Shown here piece by piece: positions 62,997 to 64,000 of a stretch of DNA of 64,000 nucleotides. The position numbers were made by a program, and so were the translations under genes. The stretch lies in assembly GCA_965237405.1 (NCBI GenBank), contig OZ250139.1:3781661-3845660 (forward strand), given 5' to 3'. The DNA is from Vicinamibacterales bacterium. GTDB lineage: Bacteria; Acidobacteriota; Vicinamibacteria; Vicinamibacterales; UBA8438. The notes under the pieces were generated by a model. That model was given only the letters and a program-made list of their open reading frames with translations. It had not been told where the DNA came from and did no database searches. Position 1 is the first letter of the stretch. Every line of letters begins with the position of its first letter.

Positions 62997-64000
62997 ATGT
63001 CGTCATCCTGGCCCCCACTGGTTCTCGTCGTCCTCGATGGATGGGGGCTTCGAGAAGACCCCGCTCACAACGCGATTGCCCGTGCGCATACGCCGACGTA
63101 TCGAGAGTTGCGTGCCCGGTATCCCGTCGGTTCGCTGATCACCACCGGAGAGGCGGTGGGGCTCCCCCACGGTCAGATGGGTAACTCGGAAGTGGGCCAC
63201 ATGAATCTCGGTGCAGGTCGAATCGTTTATCAAGACTTGACCAGAATCGACAGGAGCATCCAGGACGGCGACTTCTTTGATAACCCGCGGCTGGTGGCGG
63301 CCATGGACCGGTGCACCCAAGATCGGCATGCGCTACACCTCGTGGGCTTGGTCTCAGACGGCGGCGTGCATAGCCACATTCGACACTTGGAGTCTATGGT
63401 CGAAATGGCGCGTCAGCGACAGGTCTCCCTGGTGTTCGTGCACGCGATAACCGACGGGCGGGACACAGCCCCGACCAGCAGTGTCGATTACCTGGGTCGG
63501 ATCGAGCAATGCATGTCTGACCTGGGAACAGGGCGCATCGCCACCGTGTGCGGGCGGTACTTCTCGATGGACCGGGATTGCCGATGGGAACGCACTCAAC
63601 GGGCGTACGACGCCATGACGACTGGGCAGGGTCGAGCGGCAACATCGCTAGCCGAGCTCCTGACTACTTCTTATGACTCTGGCGTCACCGACGAGTTCAT
63701 GGAACCAGGTGTGATCACCGATTCGACCGGAAGGCCCTTGGGTTTGATCCGAGACGGCGATTCGATGGTTTTCTTCAATTTCCGATCCGACCGGGCACGC
63801 CAACTGACACGCGCCTTTGCATTCCGCGCTGAGTTCGACGCGTTTGAGCGCCAAGTTCATCCCACGATCCACATGACCACGATGACCGAGTACGACGCGA
63901 CGTTCGAACTACCGGTCGCGTTTCCACCACGGGTCTTTGCCTCTAATGTGGCCGACGTGCTGGCCAACAACGGACTTACCAACCTCCGACTTGCCGAAAC
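62997..64000 (+). CDS. gpmI: 2,3-bisphosphoglycerate-independent phosphoglycerate mutase (3' end outside the window)
   Basis: My translation from ATG 62997 gives MSSSWPPLVLVVLDGWGLREDPAHNAIARAHTPTYRELRARYPVGSLITTGEAVGLPHGQMGNSEVGHMNLGAGRIVYQDLTRID. It is absent from the ORF track because no stop lies inside the window. Confidence 0.9.
   Translation, partial: MSSSWPPLVLVVLDGWGLREDPAHNAIARAHTPTYRELRARYPVGSLITTGEAVGLPHGQMGNSEVGHMNLGAGRIVYQDLTRIDRSIQDGDFFDNPRLVAAMDRCTQDRHALHLVGLVSDGGVHSHIRHLESMVEMARQRQVSLVFVHAITDGRDTAPTSSVDYLGRIEQCMSDLGTGRIATVCGRYFSMDRDCRWERTQRAYDAMTTGQGRAATSLAELLTTSYDSGVTDEFMEPGVITDSTGRPLGLIRDGDSMVFFNFRSDRARQLTRAFAFRAEFDAFERQVHPTIHMTTMTEYDATFELPVAFPPRVFASNVADVLANNGLTNLRLAE

Overview
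High-GC (roughly 60%+) bacterial chromosomal segment. The gene content (carboxypeptidase-regulatory-domain outer-membrane proteins, sigma54 two-component system, futalosine menaquinone genes) suggests a Gram-negative soil lineage such as Acidobacteriota, but this is a guess. All calls come from manual reading of the sequence and ORF track; no searches were run. Most of the window is housekeeping. In order it holds moaB-moeA, sodA, nadA, mqnE, a cobalamin-riboswitch-controlled BtuDCF-type importer, an mqnD-like gene, an isc locus, a CysO/Mec/CysM/MoeZ thiocarboxylate cluster, rmuC and a CoA-transferase. It continues with a copper cluster (NirK-like MCO, ZIP, cupredoxin) beside a DtxR-family regulator, queD and a queC-like gene, a deoxyhypusine-synthase-like gene and fabI. 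It ends with a complete arginine regulon (argGH, argR, argCBD-NAT-argJ-argF), purED, rpsU, a 5-gene glycosyltransferase operon, a PDZ-sensor kinase/sigma54 regulator operon with two envelope proteins, and gpmI. The left 5 kb, next to tRNA-Arg(ACG), looks like a decayed integrated element. Main points worth a second look: (1) A redoxin gene is split by the ORF caller at a single in-frame TGA sitting exactly on the catalytic Cys of a W-C-P-Y-C motif, with a hairpin at SECIS distance, so it is a candidate selenoprotein. (2) An IS1182-like element lies between iscR and a heavily decayed iscS. (3) The CysO-like sulfur carrier ends in GG-VDE, and its cluster also has a JAMM protease, a CysM-rhodanese fusion and MoeZ. 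(4) Two related GGAG/CTCC-armed intergenic repeats bracket a two-gene membrane module. (5) About 70-bp direct repeats bracket a PQQ dehydrogenase. (6) A decayed menG runs into a low-GC two-gene cassette. No CRISPR array, rRNA or obvious defence system was seen.
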